Counted from the first letter of the whole stretch, positions 1 through 12,473 are shown. The stretch is 57,657 nt of DNA, filler included, from Circinaria calcarea (GCA_051942165.1; 7 parts of 7 records of this genome joined end to end with filler, not necessarily neighbours in it), one strand, 5' to 3'. Made by a program: numbers and translations. The notes: generated by a model not told the origin, from the sequence alone.

Positions 1-439
1 TATTGACAAGTTCGCCAAGGTAGATTCGAATCTGGTCTTGCACATCCTCGTCGAATTGCTGGAAGAGGGATTGCCCACCATAAGCAGAGGATTGTTCGAA
101 TAATAGCATTCGTAGGGTCCTTGTCTTGTGATTCTCATCCATGATTTTGTCATGCAAATGCTTGCAGTCCTATACATGAGACGTAAAATCACCAGACTGA
201 TCAAGTACTTCGTCGGATGCCAAATTATGAGATTGAGATAGACACTTTTCATTTGATATAGGTGTATAAAATCATTGCAACTAAACACATAATAACCATG
301 CATCGTAAAGAAATATAATTCGACTAACATCGTCGAATGCCTTAATATCCGAAACCAGTTCCGCAGTCCTCTCACTTAACTTCAAGAGTTGATCAAATAT
401 TGCGATGGTTAAGCCGGCGATGGCCAGTGGATCGAACAT
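1..439 (-). CDS. 5' part of a gene with a HeLo/HeLo-like (HET-S/fungal STAND N-terminal type) helical domain; truncated by the window start
   Basis: ATG at 439; exon 1 is 439-329 (MFDPLAIAGLTIAIFDQLLKLSERTAELVSDIKAFDD). A phase-0 GT..AG intron at 328-170 joins it in frame to exon 2 (DCKHLHDKIMDENHKTRTLRMLLFEQSSAYGGQSLFQQFDEDVQDQIRIYLGELVN). The MxDP-hydrophobic-helix start followed by amphipathic helices is typical of HeLo-like N-termini; the family call is by pattern only. Confidence 0.6.
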
Positions 440-775
440 TGCAATGCGGTCGTCTTGTGGTCTCAAGCACGCATTGTCTATTGCTCATATTATCTCTTCA
501 AGTTATACTGTATATAAGCAATACTAATTTCATATTCAGTCTGTTTCCCTAGACAGGTGCGAGGGGCCGTTCAGCCTCGCGTTCAGCCTGTAATAACCAC
601 TGCCCAATCACCATGTTCTAAAGAATGGGCTTGGAGGCTCGCTCCTCAACAAGATCTCTAGAGCCTTTCATGGAGCGAGTCTCCCGGGTATGAACCTGTT
701 CTCAATTCTCTTAATAAGGAGGGTTGAAAGGATACCTGCCTAGCTACTATTAAGAAGGTAGAGGGGGAGTTTACC

Positions 776-3700
776 ATGGACTCAGCTGAAGAGTGGAGCC
801 TTGTGGTAGGTTCCTGTTCCTTCCCACTTGATGATTTGTCTACCAGTATAATATCTGACCGGTGTATTCGTCCGTGAAGCATAGCAACCGACCTATAACC
901 CTTGTATCCAGTGTCGGGGGCTTCTCACAACCAGCTGTCGAGGGTATCCGAACTCTACACGACCTTCTCCGATTAATCCGACCTCTCAAATTGCAACGAT
1001 ATGAAGGCGCTCAACTACAGCAAGCATGCTTTTTAGGAGAGGGTGTGTCATATAATGTATATCAGTCTACCGACACAAAATCTGGATCATTGGTTGCTGT
1101 CAAAAAAGTCAAACTACCTGCCGCACCTGCAAACCTGGTAGCCTTTCGAAGTCGCATTGCCTGCATACTAAAGGATATCAAGGTTATGAGCCACCTACCT
1201 CTAGCACAGCACTCTAATATACTTAATATTCTAGGATACGGGTGGGAGTCAGGCGGAGAGGGGCCACTGCCATTCATTGTGACGGAGTGCGCTACTTTAG
1301 GCACTCTTCGAGAGCACCTCACCAAGTCTACGACTAACGCGAGGAGAAGACGCGAGCTGTGCCACCAAGTGGCCTCTGGACTGCATGAATTGCATCTGTC
1401 TGGTGTTGCCCATGGCGACTTGAAACTTGAAAATGTGCTTGTTGCCCTAGCTGCAGCAGACCAAGTTGGGCCGCGAAGAGTGCCCGTAGTTGCAAAGCTA
1501 GTATGTCTTCCAATCGCCTTAACCTGAGACTATTGCTACGTTTATCCGCCATTTTACAATACTAAGTCTTCCAACTCAGTCGGATTTTGGCCATTCTCTG
1601 CGCTTTGCATCGGGCACAAATCAGTCTCAGCAGACATACCATGGAACATTATGGTAAGTAGGCAGATCCTGTTTCTAGGAATTATATAATAAATTCCGAT
1701 TCAGGTACAACCCGCCAGAGGTAGTCCAACATGACACCACGGTTGCAGATGTACACCCACGTAAATGTGATGCGTGGGCCTTAGGTTTGTTATGCTGGGA
1801 AGTCCACAAGTGTGGAGCTCGCTACTACGATGATGAATACATGCGAGAACTTCTTTCAAAGACCGAACCACAGTCTACCTCAACCAGCACCAATAGCGAC
1901 GGCCATCGTAATTTGGACCGGGAATCTGCCGAAGTACTGAGTAAGAAGCTCTTCAACATTGGTAGCCTGATTGCAAAGGAGGCTCATTGCTGGGTGGATC
2001 GAGTCCTAATTAAAGATCCGGAATGGCCACATTTCGACAGAATTTTGCTTAAAGGGGTTTTTAGAAACACTTTAGAGGTAGATCCAGCCTCAAGATTGGA
2101 TAACGTTGCACGTCTTCCCCTAGTACACGGAAAAAGGTACGTGGAGCAAAAGCATTCGAAATGCTATCTAAGAGCATACTAAAAAGCTAATCATATGGTA
2201 CTTTGTAGCGAGCTACGTGAAAGGTCCTTACTAACGGCACAACGTGCAGGAGAGGCTGAGTGGACTTTCATGGCAAGTCCCGAACTCTGTCCCGAAACTA
2301 TAATCGCTGACAGGTCAAGCTCTTTCTTGAGGACAACATTTCTCAGATTCCTATGAGGGTTAAAGTCGAAATGCTTGAAGACTTCCAAAGACTAGCTTCT
2401 CTTCCTCAAGGTTCTTTAGAGGTGTCTGCAAGGGCGGCACTGCATGTCGTATTTGCACATGCAGCATCCTTTGCTAATACAGCGCTTTTCACGGAATCCG
2501 TTGGTTTCTGGATCCAGAAAAGTGCAGAGGGTGGTCTACAGATCGCTATCCTTATGAAAGAGCTTCTGGAAATAAAACTTGAAGAAAAGAACCCGCCTAT
2601 CCAACACGAAGGGCCCGATGGTTATAACATAGCTATATGTCTGACAATCAAGGCGCTCGCAAGATCAGAGTTTCCTACCCTGATAGGTATTGGCCCTTAT
2701 TCAACGTTTGCCGCTCTTCTCAACGCAGTACAATCAACTGGCGACCAAAGCCTAGTTGCTCACTATGCCGTGATCTGTCAGCTTACCAAGGTTCTACCTG
2801 CGGAATACGTCAATATCCGGAGTTCAAAGACTGGGGAAACCGCTCTATCACTGGCTTGCAGGCTAGGCGATCACGAGGCTGCAGAGCATCTTCTCGATCT
2901 TGGTGCTGAAGCCTCTACGTGTACTCCAGATGGGTGTAGTGCATTACACTGGCTTTTTGTTTTCGACAAAACACGTATGAGAGAAATGGCCGTCCGGTTA
3001 CAATATCTTGATGCTATGAACCAAATTGCAAAAAGACCTCAGCTGCTGGATGCCCAGCTTCCCATAGATATTTATGGTACTCCACTTGAATTTGCTGTAG
3101 CTGCAGCATCTATGTCTGCTGTTGAGATTCTTATTCCTTTTTCTTTAATGAACATTAACACTCAATTTACTTCTGGACTGTTGGTACCATCAGCTCTAAA
3201 AGGAGCCTTCTCTCGGGCGACAAGCCTTTACTTATACGAAATTTTTGCAAAATTGCGAGAAGCTTATAATCCACATGCTTCGGCTTTTATTAACTTGGGA
3301 GATCTCGCTAAATCATCTCTTGTTATCAAAAAACTCATTCATGGTCATCGGTTAAGCGTAGCACTCGATATAATGTTGGAACGGCTGCTATCTAATCTCG
3401 AAGGTCAACCTGCTTTGGTGGACAAGACTGGTCGTGCGTTGAAGATGCGGATCATCTTAGGATTTCAATTAGCAATCCAAGCAGGAGATATGTCTCTTGC
3501 ACAGAAACTTGTCAAATCGGTTTTTACTACGGAGAACGATCTACCCCTGGAACCAAAGACTGCCACCACTCCAAAGCCAGATAAGTGCTTGACCAATGAA
3601 TTCAAAACTACAATAGCATCTTTTCAGTCCCGTCAAGTCATAGCCAACGATACATCGTCTATCCGGACAAGTACGATGTCCTCCCGGGGTGAAAGAAAGA

Positions 3701-5751
3701 ATGCAACCTGCCTTAGCCTCGGATCGGCAGTATGCCTCTCGTGTGCGGAGGTCGCTTGCAGCTCTATTTACGATCTGGAGACGTCCTTTGAGATACTTAG
3801 ACTTTCGGCTTATTATGGTCCCAAGTTCGATTATATGGACACATGGCTTGTATCTGCAATAACGGCCGTGCAACAACACCGAGAAGATATCTTTCGCTGG
3901 CTCCTACAAAATCCGAATGATCTGGATGCGCGAACTATTGAAGGTGCTACAATTATACACACTATGCTAAAGTACAACTTCACAAACCTGGTTTCTCTAG
4001 ACATAATCTTATCTAAAGGAGCTAACCCAGACCTCGTTGACGAGTTTAACAATACACCTGTCCATGTGACCCTACAACTAGGGATGGCTCAAGAGCTTAA
4101 CACGCTTCTTGATTATAACGCGAGCATCTTCTTAGAAGATCGGGATGGTAATAGGCCGCTCCATGCCGCTATTATATGTGGAAGAGAAGATGCCCTATCA
4201 CGACTACTGCAGCATCCTTTGAGAAAAATCGTAGTAGACGAGAAAGACAGTGAAGGCAGGTCTCCTCTTGCGCTTGCCGCACTAATGGGTCTTCCAAAAG
4301 TATTTGAGCAGCTCGTGGAGTCCGGAGCTAATCCGGGCGTGCTGGACCAGGCTGGTAGAGCGCCTATTCACTTAGCGGCATCGGGTTCCACTTCAGGGCA
4401 TCAGCTCGTGCTCGCCATTATACTCGCCCTTTTGCTGTCTATGGAGCAAGACGTAAATATCCTGGATGACGGAGGGAACACTGCGCTTCATGTTTCTATA
4501 ACTTCTCAAGCTCTGCTCGCGAACCCGACGTTTGATGTCTGCGAACAATTACTAGCGGCAGGTGCAGATGCGCAAATTAGAAACAACGAGGGCGATCTGC
4601 CGATTTTCCTGGCATTGCGTTTGCTGAACTTAAAGCTCTTTTCCCGATTGCTACCAATTCTATTACGCAATGGAGCGGACATCAATGCCCGAGGCTCTCT
4701 ATCGCTATCGGCATTACATTTCGCTGCGCTTAATGGGGAAGCAGATCTTGTTCTGGAGCTAATCAAACATGGAGCGTTGCCTAATTTGTCTGGAAACGTT
4801 GACCACGGTACACCTCTACATTGCTGTGCAGAAGTCTCTCCAGCCACGGTCGAAGACGAACGCATTAGGCGGACTACATTTGAACCGAAGATGTTCTCTA
4901 CAGTCATGAGAAAGGAAACTGCAGCACGATATCTGCTTGATGCAGGCGCTGACATTTTTGCAAAATTCTCAAGCTCCGAGGGACGTATACTCGAGGCGAC
5001 GCCCCTTGATATAGCATTGAAGGTAGGAATCGCTACGGTTGCTATCACACTGATTGAGGAACACTATACAAGATTAGGTGACATACTGGGTGCTTTACAT
5101 TTTGAGGTGTTGCAGCGCGCCTTCGATTACGCCGTAAGGCATCAGCAGTTTAAAATTGTTCACCGGTTCTTGCTCTCCAAGATACCTGTCGACAAGTCCT
5201 CACTGTGTAACTTCGGTCATGGGATGAAGATTCTGGCCCACGCTGTATATTACGACAAATCCGAGATCCTGCAATGCTACAAGGAAACGCAGTCTAGAAT
5301 GATATTTTTAGACAGAGTGCCGCAAAATACGAACATTCCGTCGTTGTGGGCTATTATTGGAAAATCCGGTTCAAAGGTACTCGAAGCCGAGGTGTATCTT
5401 CAATTATATTCAAGGATAGTAAGAGACAGTACAGGAAATCGCAACCCAAAAATCATCACCATTGGTCTAGATCTGGAACGAATTGTTTCAGATACTTACC
5501 GTCCTAGTAGCTGGAGTGAAGAGTCATGGGCAAAAGACTTATCATCGTATTATTCCAGAGATGGATACCCGAATATTTCCTTAGCCATGGCACTTTACCT
5601 ATGGAACATTTCTGATTGGAATGATGGTGAAGCTCTGGTGAAGCGGAGATATCTCGATGCAGCTCTGGAATGGCTTCCTGATCTAGGAGAGAACATAGCC
5701 TCAAGTATATCGAATTGGTTGGAATCGGGACTTCTGTCTCACCGGGGTTAG
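776..5751 (+). CDS. Ser/Thr protein kinase fused to a long ankyrin-repeat array (multi-exon)
   Basis: Kinase motifs across spliced exons: GEGVSYNV, VAVK, HGDLKLEN, SDFG (after the intron ending 1579), GT..YNPPE and DAWALG. ORF 2353-5751 has many ankyrin repeats (GETALSLA, GNRPLHAA, GRSPLALA, GRAPIHLA, GNTALHVS, SALHFAA, GTPLHCC). Probable ATG at 776 with a short first exon. Confidence 0.88.
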
Positions 5752-6710
5752 CCTCTACGGACTTGACAGCACGTGGTTTACCCTACCCTTATTCCCGAAT
5801 GAATCAAGGCCGCCCTTCCTATTCGCCAGCTACGTCGTATTCGGATCGGTCACACCCGAAGCGATTCTGAACCCATCCCACCCAATCATCCCCAAACTCA
5901 ACTGGCCTTCTATCCAATCAGCCTAACAGATCGACTGGCCTGCCTCCATGAAGCTCATTCTACACTACAGATCAACCAGGATCAGCGGCATGAAGCAAAA
6001 GAGTGAACCAGGGACTTTTGTCATATCTTTCCCGAAAGCAAGGCACTTTTTTCCATTCAGGAGGCATGTTCGAACAGTGCTTGGTCTCGCCCGTAAGACT
6101 CCCGTGTACTTTACTACGGTTTGAGCACAATCACCCCTTGCGGACGGACATGTTCTCGTACCGGTATACATTCAATGTCCAAGGGGTCTTCTATGTCTCG
6201 TCACCCATTTGAGGAGCTAGTAACCCGTCGAGAGTGCAAGGCGTGCTTGAAGACTTGTCTTGTGTGCGAACGTGGGCTGTTGAAGTGGAGACGAATCGAG
6301 TAGGATTATCCCCCCGCACGCCGTGCCCATAGCCTTGAGTTCTCAAATTGAAATGTCAACAACTTCAAGCTTTTCTCATTTTTCCGATGATATGACTTGT
6401 TCTATGATGGGGAGGTCCTCCAGGGGTTATACAATTTATGTTTTGTGTTTGGACAGATTTAATTCCCAAGTCTCGAGCACACCGCCCCAGAATTCGTTGG
6501 GAGTTGTGCTTTTTAGAGCTGTTGTACATACATTATCCGCACCTCTATGACGACGTATGTACGTGCAACACGATGGAAAACAACGATACCGAGCTCTACC
6601 TAGTCGCAGCTTGACTTCCTCCTCCGAACCACTACCTCACCTCTATTCTGCTCTTACCTCTCACGAGCATGAGACTGAATATGCCCCCCTTAACCATCCA
6701 TCCACCCCCC

Positions 6711-7621
6711 TCAATGCATTCCCTCATGCGGCGTAGCAGTCTCATGATGTCCCGCATCGCCCCTATACCCCACCAGCTTCATCCGGCCCAGTATCTCTCC
6801 TACGGTGAAGAATCCCAATACTTCGGCGGCGATGACTCCTGCGGATGCTAATTGGGCGCGGTTGACGTTTCGTAGGCGGCTGAGGATATGCTCGGGGTTC
6901 AAGGTGCTGGTTTCTGCTACTTGCCGGGTGAGGGAGGTAGGATGGCGGATGACATTGAGGGCGGGTTGGAGGTAGGATTGGAAGGCTTGAAGGTTGCTGG
7001 GAGAGGAGATGGAGAGGTTAGTGGCGAGGATTTTTGGGGAGGGGAAGGGAATTGAGGGAGACGTACGGAGGTGACATTTTCTGGGATTGGAAGACCATTC
7101 TGGACAGTTCGAGGAATACCTTGGAGTAGTAGATTGTTGGGGGAATCAATGCTGCAGAGAAAATATCAGTCAATGGATCAGGGTTGCAACGGCGCTTTCA
7201 GTTGCTTGTCCCAGTTTTCCCAATGATACGAAACCGTCTTCTAGATTCATTTGCAGATGGTGCCCAAAGTCGTCTTTCAGACCAATCAAGTGCCATGATA
7301 CACGAGACATCCCCAATCGCCTTCCCGGTAGTCTGACTTACATTGGACAAACCCAATCATTCTTCCTGCCCTGCCACCTATTCTACCCAAAGTATTGCTC
7401 ACTCCCTGCGCAGCTCCACTCAATGCCGGTCCAGCGGACGATGTCACCCTTGACAACCCCTCTGATGCCTTTGACGTGACAGTCGCTGCCGAGTCCTTAG
7501 CCTTGGAAGCTGTATTCGAAGCAGCTTCGGTAGCTTTCGAGCTCGTTGAAGCATGACGAAGGGCGGACCGTCGCGCGATCAGATGCGTGTGTCGTAGCAT
7601 TGTACGAACCGGTGCAGACAT
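6711..7621 (-). CDS. ATP20: Mitochondrial ATP synthase subunit g
   Basis: Arg/Ser/Ala-rich presequence (MSAPVRTMLRHTHLIARRSALRHAS) and the subunit-g C-terminal signature AAEVLGFFTVGEILGRMKLVGY; two introns. Confidence 0.9.
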
Positions 7622-8169
7622 GAATCCACAGTCCTCCGCTGTAGTTCTAGATGAGGAGAGCAAGGGGTATACAAATTGGCCGAAGGTTGCTATCGTCGCT
7701 TGTGAGCAGCTTTCAAGGCGTTGCTGGAGGAAGTCGAAGAAAAGCTTTCGTCCCCATGATTGGCTGGATCTGTTTTCGGAGGTCCGGAGCTTTCATGCCG
7801 CGGCATCTCTTTGTAATGGAAGGAGAACTTGGTTACATGCGCCAGACATCCTTAGCGATGAGATAGATACCGATGCTCCATTTCTTCATACGAAAAGGCA
7901 CAACTGTCTGACAGAAAAGCATGGCGCGCCAAAGAAGAGGCTCAAATGTCTCAAACAGCTCTTCCGTGCCCGAACACGATCAGGTCAGTTGTATCGTGTC
8001 CAGGCAGCTCAGCCTGAGTCTGACGACGGGGGTCGTGTGATAGGAGCTTGGGAGCATGTACGATTACCTTGCCAAAATCATACTACTTGGACCAAGCGGT
8101 ACCGGCAAGTTCGTCGATGCAAGAAGCTCTGTTCGGTATCAAGACTGACCTTGGCCAAGGTCATGTCTC

Positions 8170-8269
8170 NNNNNNNNNNNNNNNNNNNNNNNNNNNNNNN
8201 NNNNNNNNNNNNNTTAATTAATTAANNNNNNNNNNNNNNNNNNNNNNNNNNNNNNNNNNNNNNNNNNNN
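8170..8269. other. Artificial contig-joining spacer (N44-TTAATTAATTAA-N44)
   Basis: The identical 100-bp spacer, with stops in all six frames, occurs six times. Confidence 0.98.
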
Positions 8270-8369
8270 TTTTTAAAACGATTTTATTCCCTTTCCATAC
8301 TGAAAACGGATCGGGCTCACTCCCATCTTGGGGAACATATAATATATATATTATATATTCATGGCTCTT

Positions 8370-8740
8370 GGACGAATATAGGCTGCTATCCTTGGTGCCC
8401 GACTGGAGAAGGTCCGAGGGTATCATTTTGGCAGAGCCGATCTGCCCACACCGCGCCCACGGTAATTCGACCGTAAAGCTCGAGATTATGGAGGAAGATG
8501 ATCTCGTGCTTCGAGCCTATAATGTGAAGATCGATACAATCGGGGTGTGCTCCCGGCTGTTGTTTTCTAGAGATTTTTACGGCAAGAAGACGCCGGATTA
8601 ACCGTTCATAACGATAGAACAGCTCTGGCATAAGGTTTATAAGAAAGAATAGTTTAATCTGGACGACAGGTATCTGAACGGTTAGACAGCATTTTTCGCG
8701 TTTATACAAACGTTCAGCAACGGCTGCGTGTAGGCCGCAG
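8370..8740 (+). pseudogene. Degenerate (RIP-like) fragment of a HET-domain heterokaryon-incompatibility-type gene
   Basis: Translates LLSLVPDWR...VLRAYNVKIDTI...TIEQLWH...FFAFIQTFSNGCV with in-frame TAA/TAG stops. It resembles the LPSWVPDW and LxVxGxxIDxI motifs found C-terminal to HET domains. Confidence 0.5.
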
Positions 8741-9134
8741 AACACGAGTGCAGACTATATCACGAGGTTTTAGATCTTATATGGCGCTGCGGAAGATAGC
8801 TAGGTATATCGTGGAAGTCTTGGGGGCATCCGATGATATATTAGAAGGGGTCCAGATAGCGGCAGGGGTTACAGAGCGCGAAAGTGATTACGAGGGGTGG
8901 AGTTGATAAGCAATGTAAGGGCTCTACCCGAGAACCCCTAGGAACCCTACGGGTGAACTATATACCGAGGTCACGAGGTATTGGCTTAGCGAGAAAGGTT
9001 TTCCTCGCGAAGCGTTACACCAGAATTCTTTAGTAATAATTTATACGCTATGCGAACCAATTGAGCACATTATCACACAATTTATCGACCCCTATCTGTA
9101 AGATCACTATACCATTCCTAAAGGATCCTTACAG

Positions 9135-9434
9135 CTTACTTAGTTTCTCCGCTAAGGTTCGCTGGCGGGCGAGATTAAAGGCTATCGAAGGTATATATTT
9201 TATTCGGATAGGGCGTTTAAGAGAATCCTGTTGTACCAAAAACTTAACAAGGGCTTTATTTTCCTATGGGTAAAGATAGTATTGGCTTTAGGCCTTCTCT
9301 TCCTTAGACCGTCGACCGCGTGCACGATGCTGGAGAATAGTGCGAGGGATATCGCCATAATCTGCTAGAGCACGGAATGATTTAGGTAGGCCAGGAGGGA
9401 CGCCTTGTGCTAGTACCTAACTGGCTTTATCCAT
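9135..9434 (-). mobile_element. Remnant of a pogo/Fot1-like DDE transposase (N-terminal HTH region), mutated and truncated
   Basis: The minus strand from ATG 9434 reads MDKAS*VLAQGVPPGLPKSFRALADYGDIPRTILQHRARGRRSKEEKA*SQYYLYP*ENKALVKFLVQQDSLKRPIRIKYIPSIAFNLARQR. This matches the fungal pogo-type N-terminus; the stops are CAG/TGG-to-TAG type. Confidence 0.75.
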
Positions 9435-9767
9435 GTTAGCTTCCGGTGATGGTGGGTGATGGTGATGGGAAGAGAAAGAGTGAGAGGCAACTGCTGGCAA
9501 CTCCGGGCAAGGCAAGGCAGTACTAGGCAACAATAAACGCGCAGCACAATGACACCGGGCGCGTCTGGCCATGGAAGGGCCTTCTGCGGTGCGCCACAGC
9601 CATTGTTAGAAGCTAGTTCTAAACTAGTATAGCGTATAATATAATATGATCAAACTCTACGTTAATCGCCGCCCTTCCTCTGCACGGCGAAACACCCGGA
9701 ATACGTGTTCCTCAAGTCGAGTAGCCTTCAACGCTTAAAACTATACTCTTTCATATCGGGAATGTTA

Positions 9768-10140
9768 TAGCATTACTCCGAAACTCGAAGATATAGAAAT
9801 ATCCGTCATTGAGCAGGGGGCCATCGCTGAAGCGGCAATTAATGGCGTGGACAAAACAATCGATAACATGACTAGAAAACCTCTCTATAACGAGAACTAC
9901 CGTAGGGTCAGAGGAGAAGTAGCTATAGAACAACAATACATCAACTATATTTTTATACACTTATAAGAAAGAGACTTCTAAGATCTAAACTATGAATCTG
10001 GCTCGCAACGCTAGGTGGCTCGCAATATAGGGACATATATTAGAGATAGTTTCAGAGGCCGGAGTGCTAAGGGGGGGAAGTCCTATCGAGGATGAACATA
10101 GCTCCAAGCTTTGTGTAAGGGTACTAGGATAGGCTAGACT
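9768..10140 (+). pseudogene. TpA-rich degenerate coding relic of unknown family
   Basis: Protein-like frame (YSITPKLEDIEISVIEQGAIAEAAINGVDKTIDNMTRKPLYNENYRRVRGEV...) broken by TAA/TAG stops. Confidence 0.3.
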
Positions 10141-10282
10141 TATATAAGGGATAGAGTCACTCCATAGTGCACGAATACATCAACAATATAATATGGGTCT
10201 ATTGTTGCTGTTGACTACTGTTTAGTAAATGGCTATAAGTATGCTATTCTAAAGAGCCGAATAGCCTGCCTATGTACTCTAG

Positions 10283-10362
10283 TGCTCACCTCTGCTCATA
10301 CCCTAACACTCATGAGCACTTATTTGCTCACCTCTGCTCATACCCTAAGCACTCATGAGCAC
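10283..10362. repeat. Two-copy tandem repeat with a 42-bp period
   Basis: TGCTCACCTCTGCTCATACCCTAA(G)CACTCATGAGCAC at 10283-10319 and 10325-10362. Confidence 0.9.
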
Positions 10363-10831
10363 GGTACAAGGGTTAGTCCGTTCCGGCACCATCCCTTCCT
10401 GGTCTAGCCCATGTGTTAGCGCTAGCGCCATAACACTTTGAAGACAGTCTGCTTTGAAAAAAATATATTCCCGAGTTTTTAAACGGTGGAGGAAGCGGGA
10501 TTAACAGGCTCTCAATATACCGGGATGTTTTAGCGCGCCTTAGCTTGCATTAGCGGACTTACGTGATCGCGTATTATATGTATCATATCTGACGGTATCA
10601 TAATTTCAGATAAGGATTCCAGACTGATTGTGGCGCAGCACGGAAGGCTCTAGAAGTTTCTAGGCAATCAACTGGGTCCAAAGCTGAGACTTTCGTAGGA
10701 GAAGAACATGAATGTCTTCGCTCGCTTTCTCTCAATAGGTGCTGGAAATTCAAATTCTTATATCGAAGCTCTGACGTTCGGCTATCACTTTGCACGAGAA
10801 TTAAATTTTCGATTAATTATTTCCCTTTCAT

Positions 10832-12406
10832 CTATACCGTTTTTTTTAAGACAGCATTTTTCTCTATAGACTTTCGCTTTAGCATCCGACCCTGCCACCG
10901 CTGCCAAAATACCTAAGTAAGGAAAACAATTAATGTTAATAGAATAGTCGTTACCCAATAGCACCAGAAGCGGCCTTTGATAACTGATTGGGGCTTGGGC
11001 ACGTCCCAATCAAAGAATGGAGTTGTAAATAATGCCTGTCAATATCGTGGTTAGACTTCTTAAGGTTTCTCCATCGTATACTAGACGCTTACCGCTGTAA
11101 AAGTTCCAGGGAGAAGAGCCATGGTCAAAACCGCAATGGTTTTCATAGCAGCAGCATCCTGCCGTGAATTTTCGGCGATTCGTGTCGACTCGTATGTAAG
11201 TGCGATAGCAATCTGGTTGCTCTTTTGTTGAGAAAAATTGTAGATCTAAGCTCAGTATTAGTCTCTTACGAGAAACAGAAGCTCTCTTGATCGACTCACA
11301 ACAGCCAATTGTATTTGTATGCGCTTCTGTTCAAATGCTGCCTGGAGCAAAAGATTCTGGTTGCTGTTCCTGGTCATTTCTAGATATTGCCGAATCGTAT
11401 CATAGCTCTTGTCAAGCAATAACTTCATGTCTGGCGTGGCACTTCGGGCAGTTGCTTCAGTATACGTCAAGCATTTGTCCAGCAACATCTGTCTTGCTTC
11501 TGTTCTCATCTCCATCATGCTCAGATTTCTCGCAGTGCCATTGAGAGCTGGTATGATCGTTTCAAAGTCGGCCCGAAACGGATCTTCGCGCGGCTTGGAT
11601 GAGTACGTATGTTGACCGAGACAATGCTGAGTATAATCAAGCCTTTGCCCCTGGTGCTGCATCCTCGTCATTGTCATGATCAATAGCAAATGCATGAGCA
11701 TTACAGGCACGAATAATGGCTGCGGCGCAAGGCAACTATTACTTCGAAGTAGAGTAAGAAGGCCTTCAAAGTCGAAGACCTCACTTTGTGCTAAGATAAT
11801 AGCATAGGTCATCGCTGTATTCCTGTGATATATCAAAAGGATTGTGTAAAATCCAGCGGTGCCGATGCCCACTTTAAACAAATAGGCTAGACTCTGTCAG
11901 TTCATCGGTATTTGATGATAGGAACTTTACATGCCATCTGATGAGATTGCGTCTTTTCCTCCAAAGCTACACTGAACTGGTAAATGAGCAACGTGCGGTA
12001 TGCTATGAGTAAGGATATCGATAATATGTTGTGGAGCGGACAGTTTTTGACAAATCTGTTTAAATGTAGTTTGCGACCAAGGCATAACTACCGTCTTGTC
12101 TACTGTTGAGGTTTTGGATGTGGAAAGTAGCAGCCGAAGACGACCCTTCAGAATGTCTTGTTGGGCAACTTGTGTATGTTGGCCATCCGGACTACCGGGG
12201 ACGGGGAGACCTGAGAAGAGCCATTCCTCAACTTGGTCTGGGTAAAGAAAACCCTCTCTTATCGTACCCGTGCCATTTGGATCAGGCGAAATCTCAATAT
12301 ATGAGCATTCCGCCGGTTCAAACCCTAGACTGTAGTCTATCGAATGGTCGTATAGAGATGGGGAGCTATTCTCCTTGGTATGTATATTACTGAGAATAGG
12401 AGCCAT
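10832..12406 (-). CDS. Fungal CorA-like protein (helical domain plus C-terminal two TM helices); premature TAG at the end of the second TM helix, possibly decaying
   Basis: Four exons. The C-terminus reads ...STRIAENSRQDAAAMKTIAVLTMALLPGTFTA/ALFTTPFFDWD...FWCYWVTTILLTLIVFLT*VFWQRW. MKTIAVLTM..LPGTF is the fungal CorA-like signature; the canonical GMN is replaced by TTP. TAG at 10915-10913 sits where W is expected. Confidence 0.78.
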
Positions 12407-12473
12407 CAGCTTGATTTACAAACTAAAAAGTTTTTGATAATAGCTCAGTGTTTGCACAAAGATAATCTAATTA

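Noticed and set aside
6008..6019. Minus-strand AAAAGTCCCTGG resembling the RNase MRP CR-I motif
   Set aside because: No GARAR-loop hairpin after it and no recognisable CR-V; an Infernal/Rfam search would be needed.
8214..8225. Recurrent TTAATTAATTAA palindrome and ORFs ending in XXX-LIN
   Set aside because: Part of the synthetic spacer.
10283..10362. CRISPR-like direct repeats of 37-38 bp
   Set aside because: Only two copies with a 5-bp gap, no spacers, no cas genes, and a eukaryotic context.
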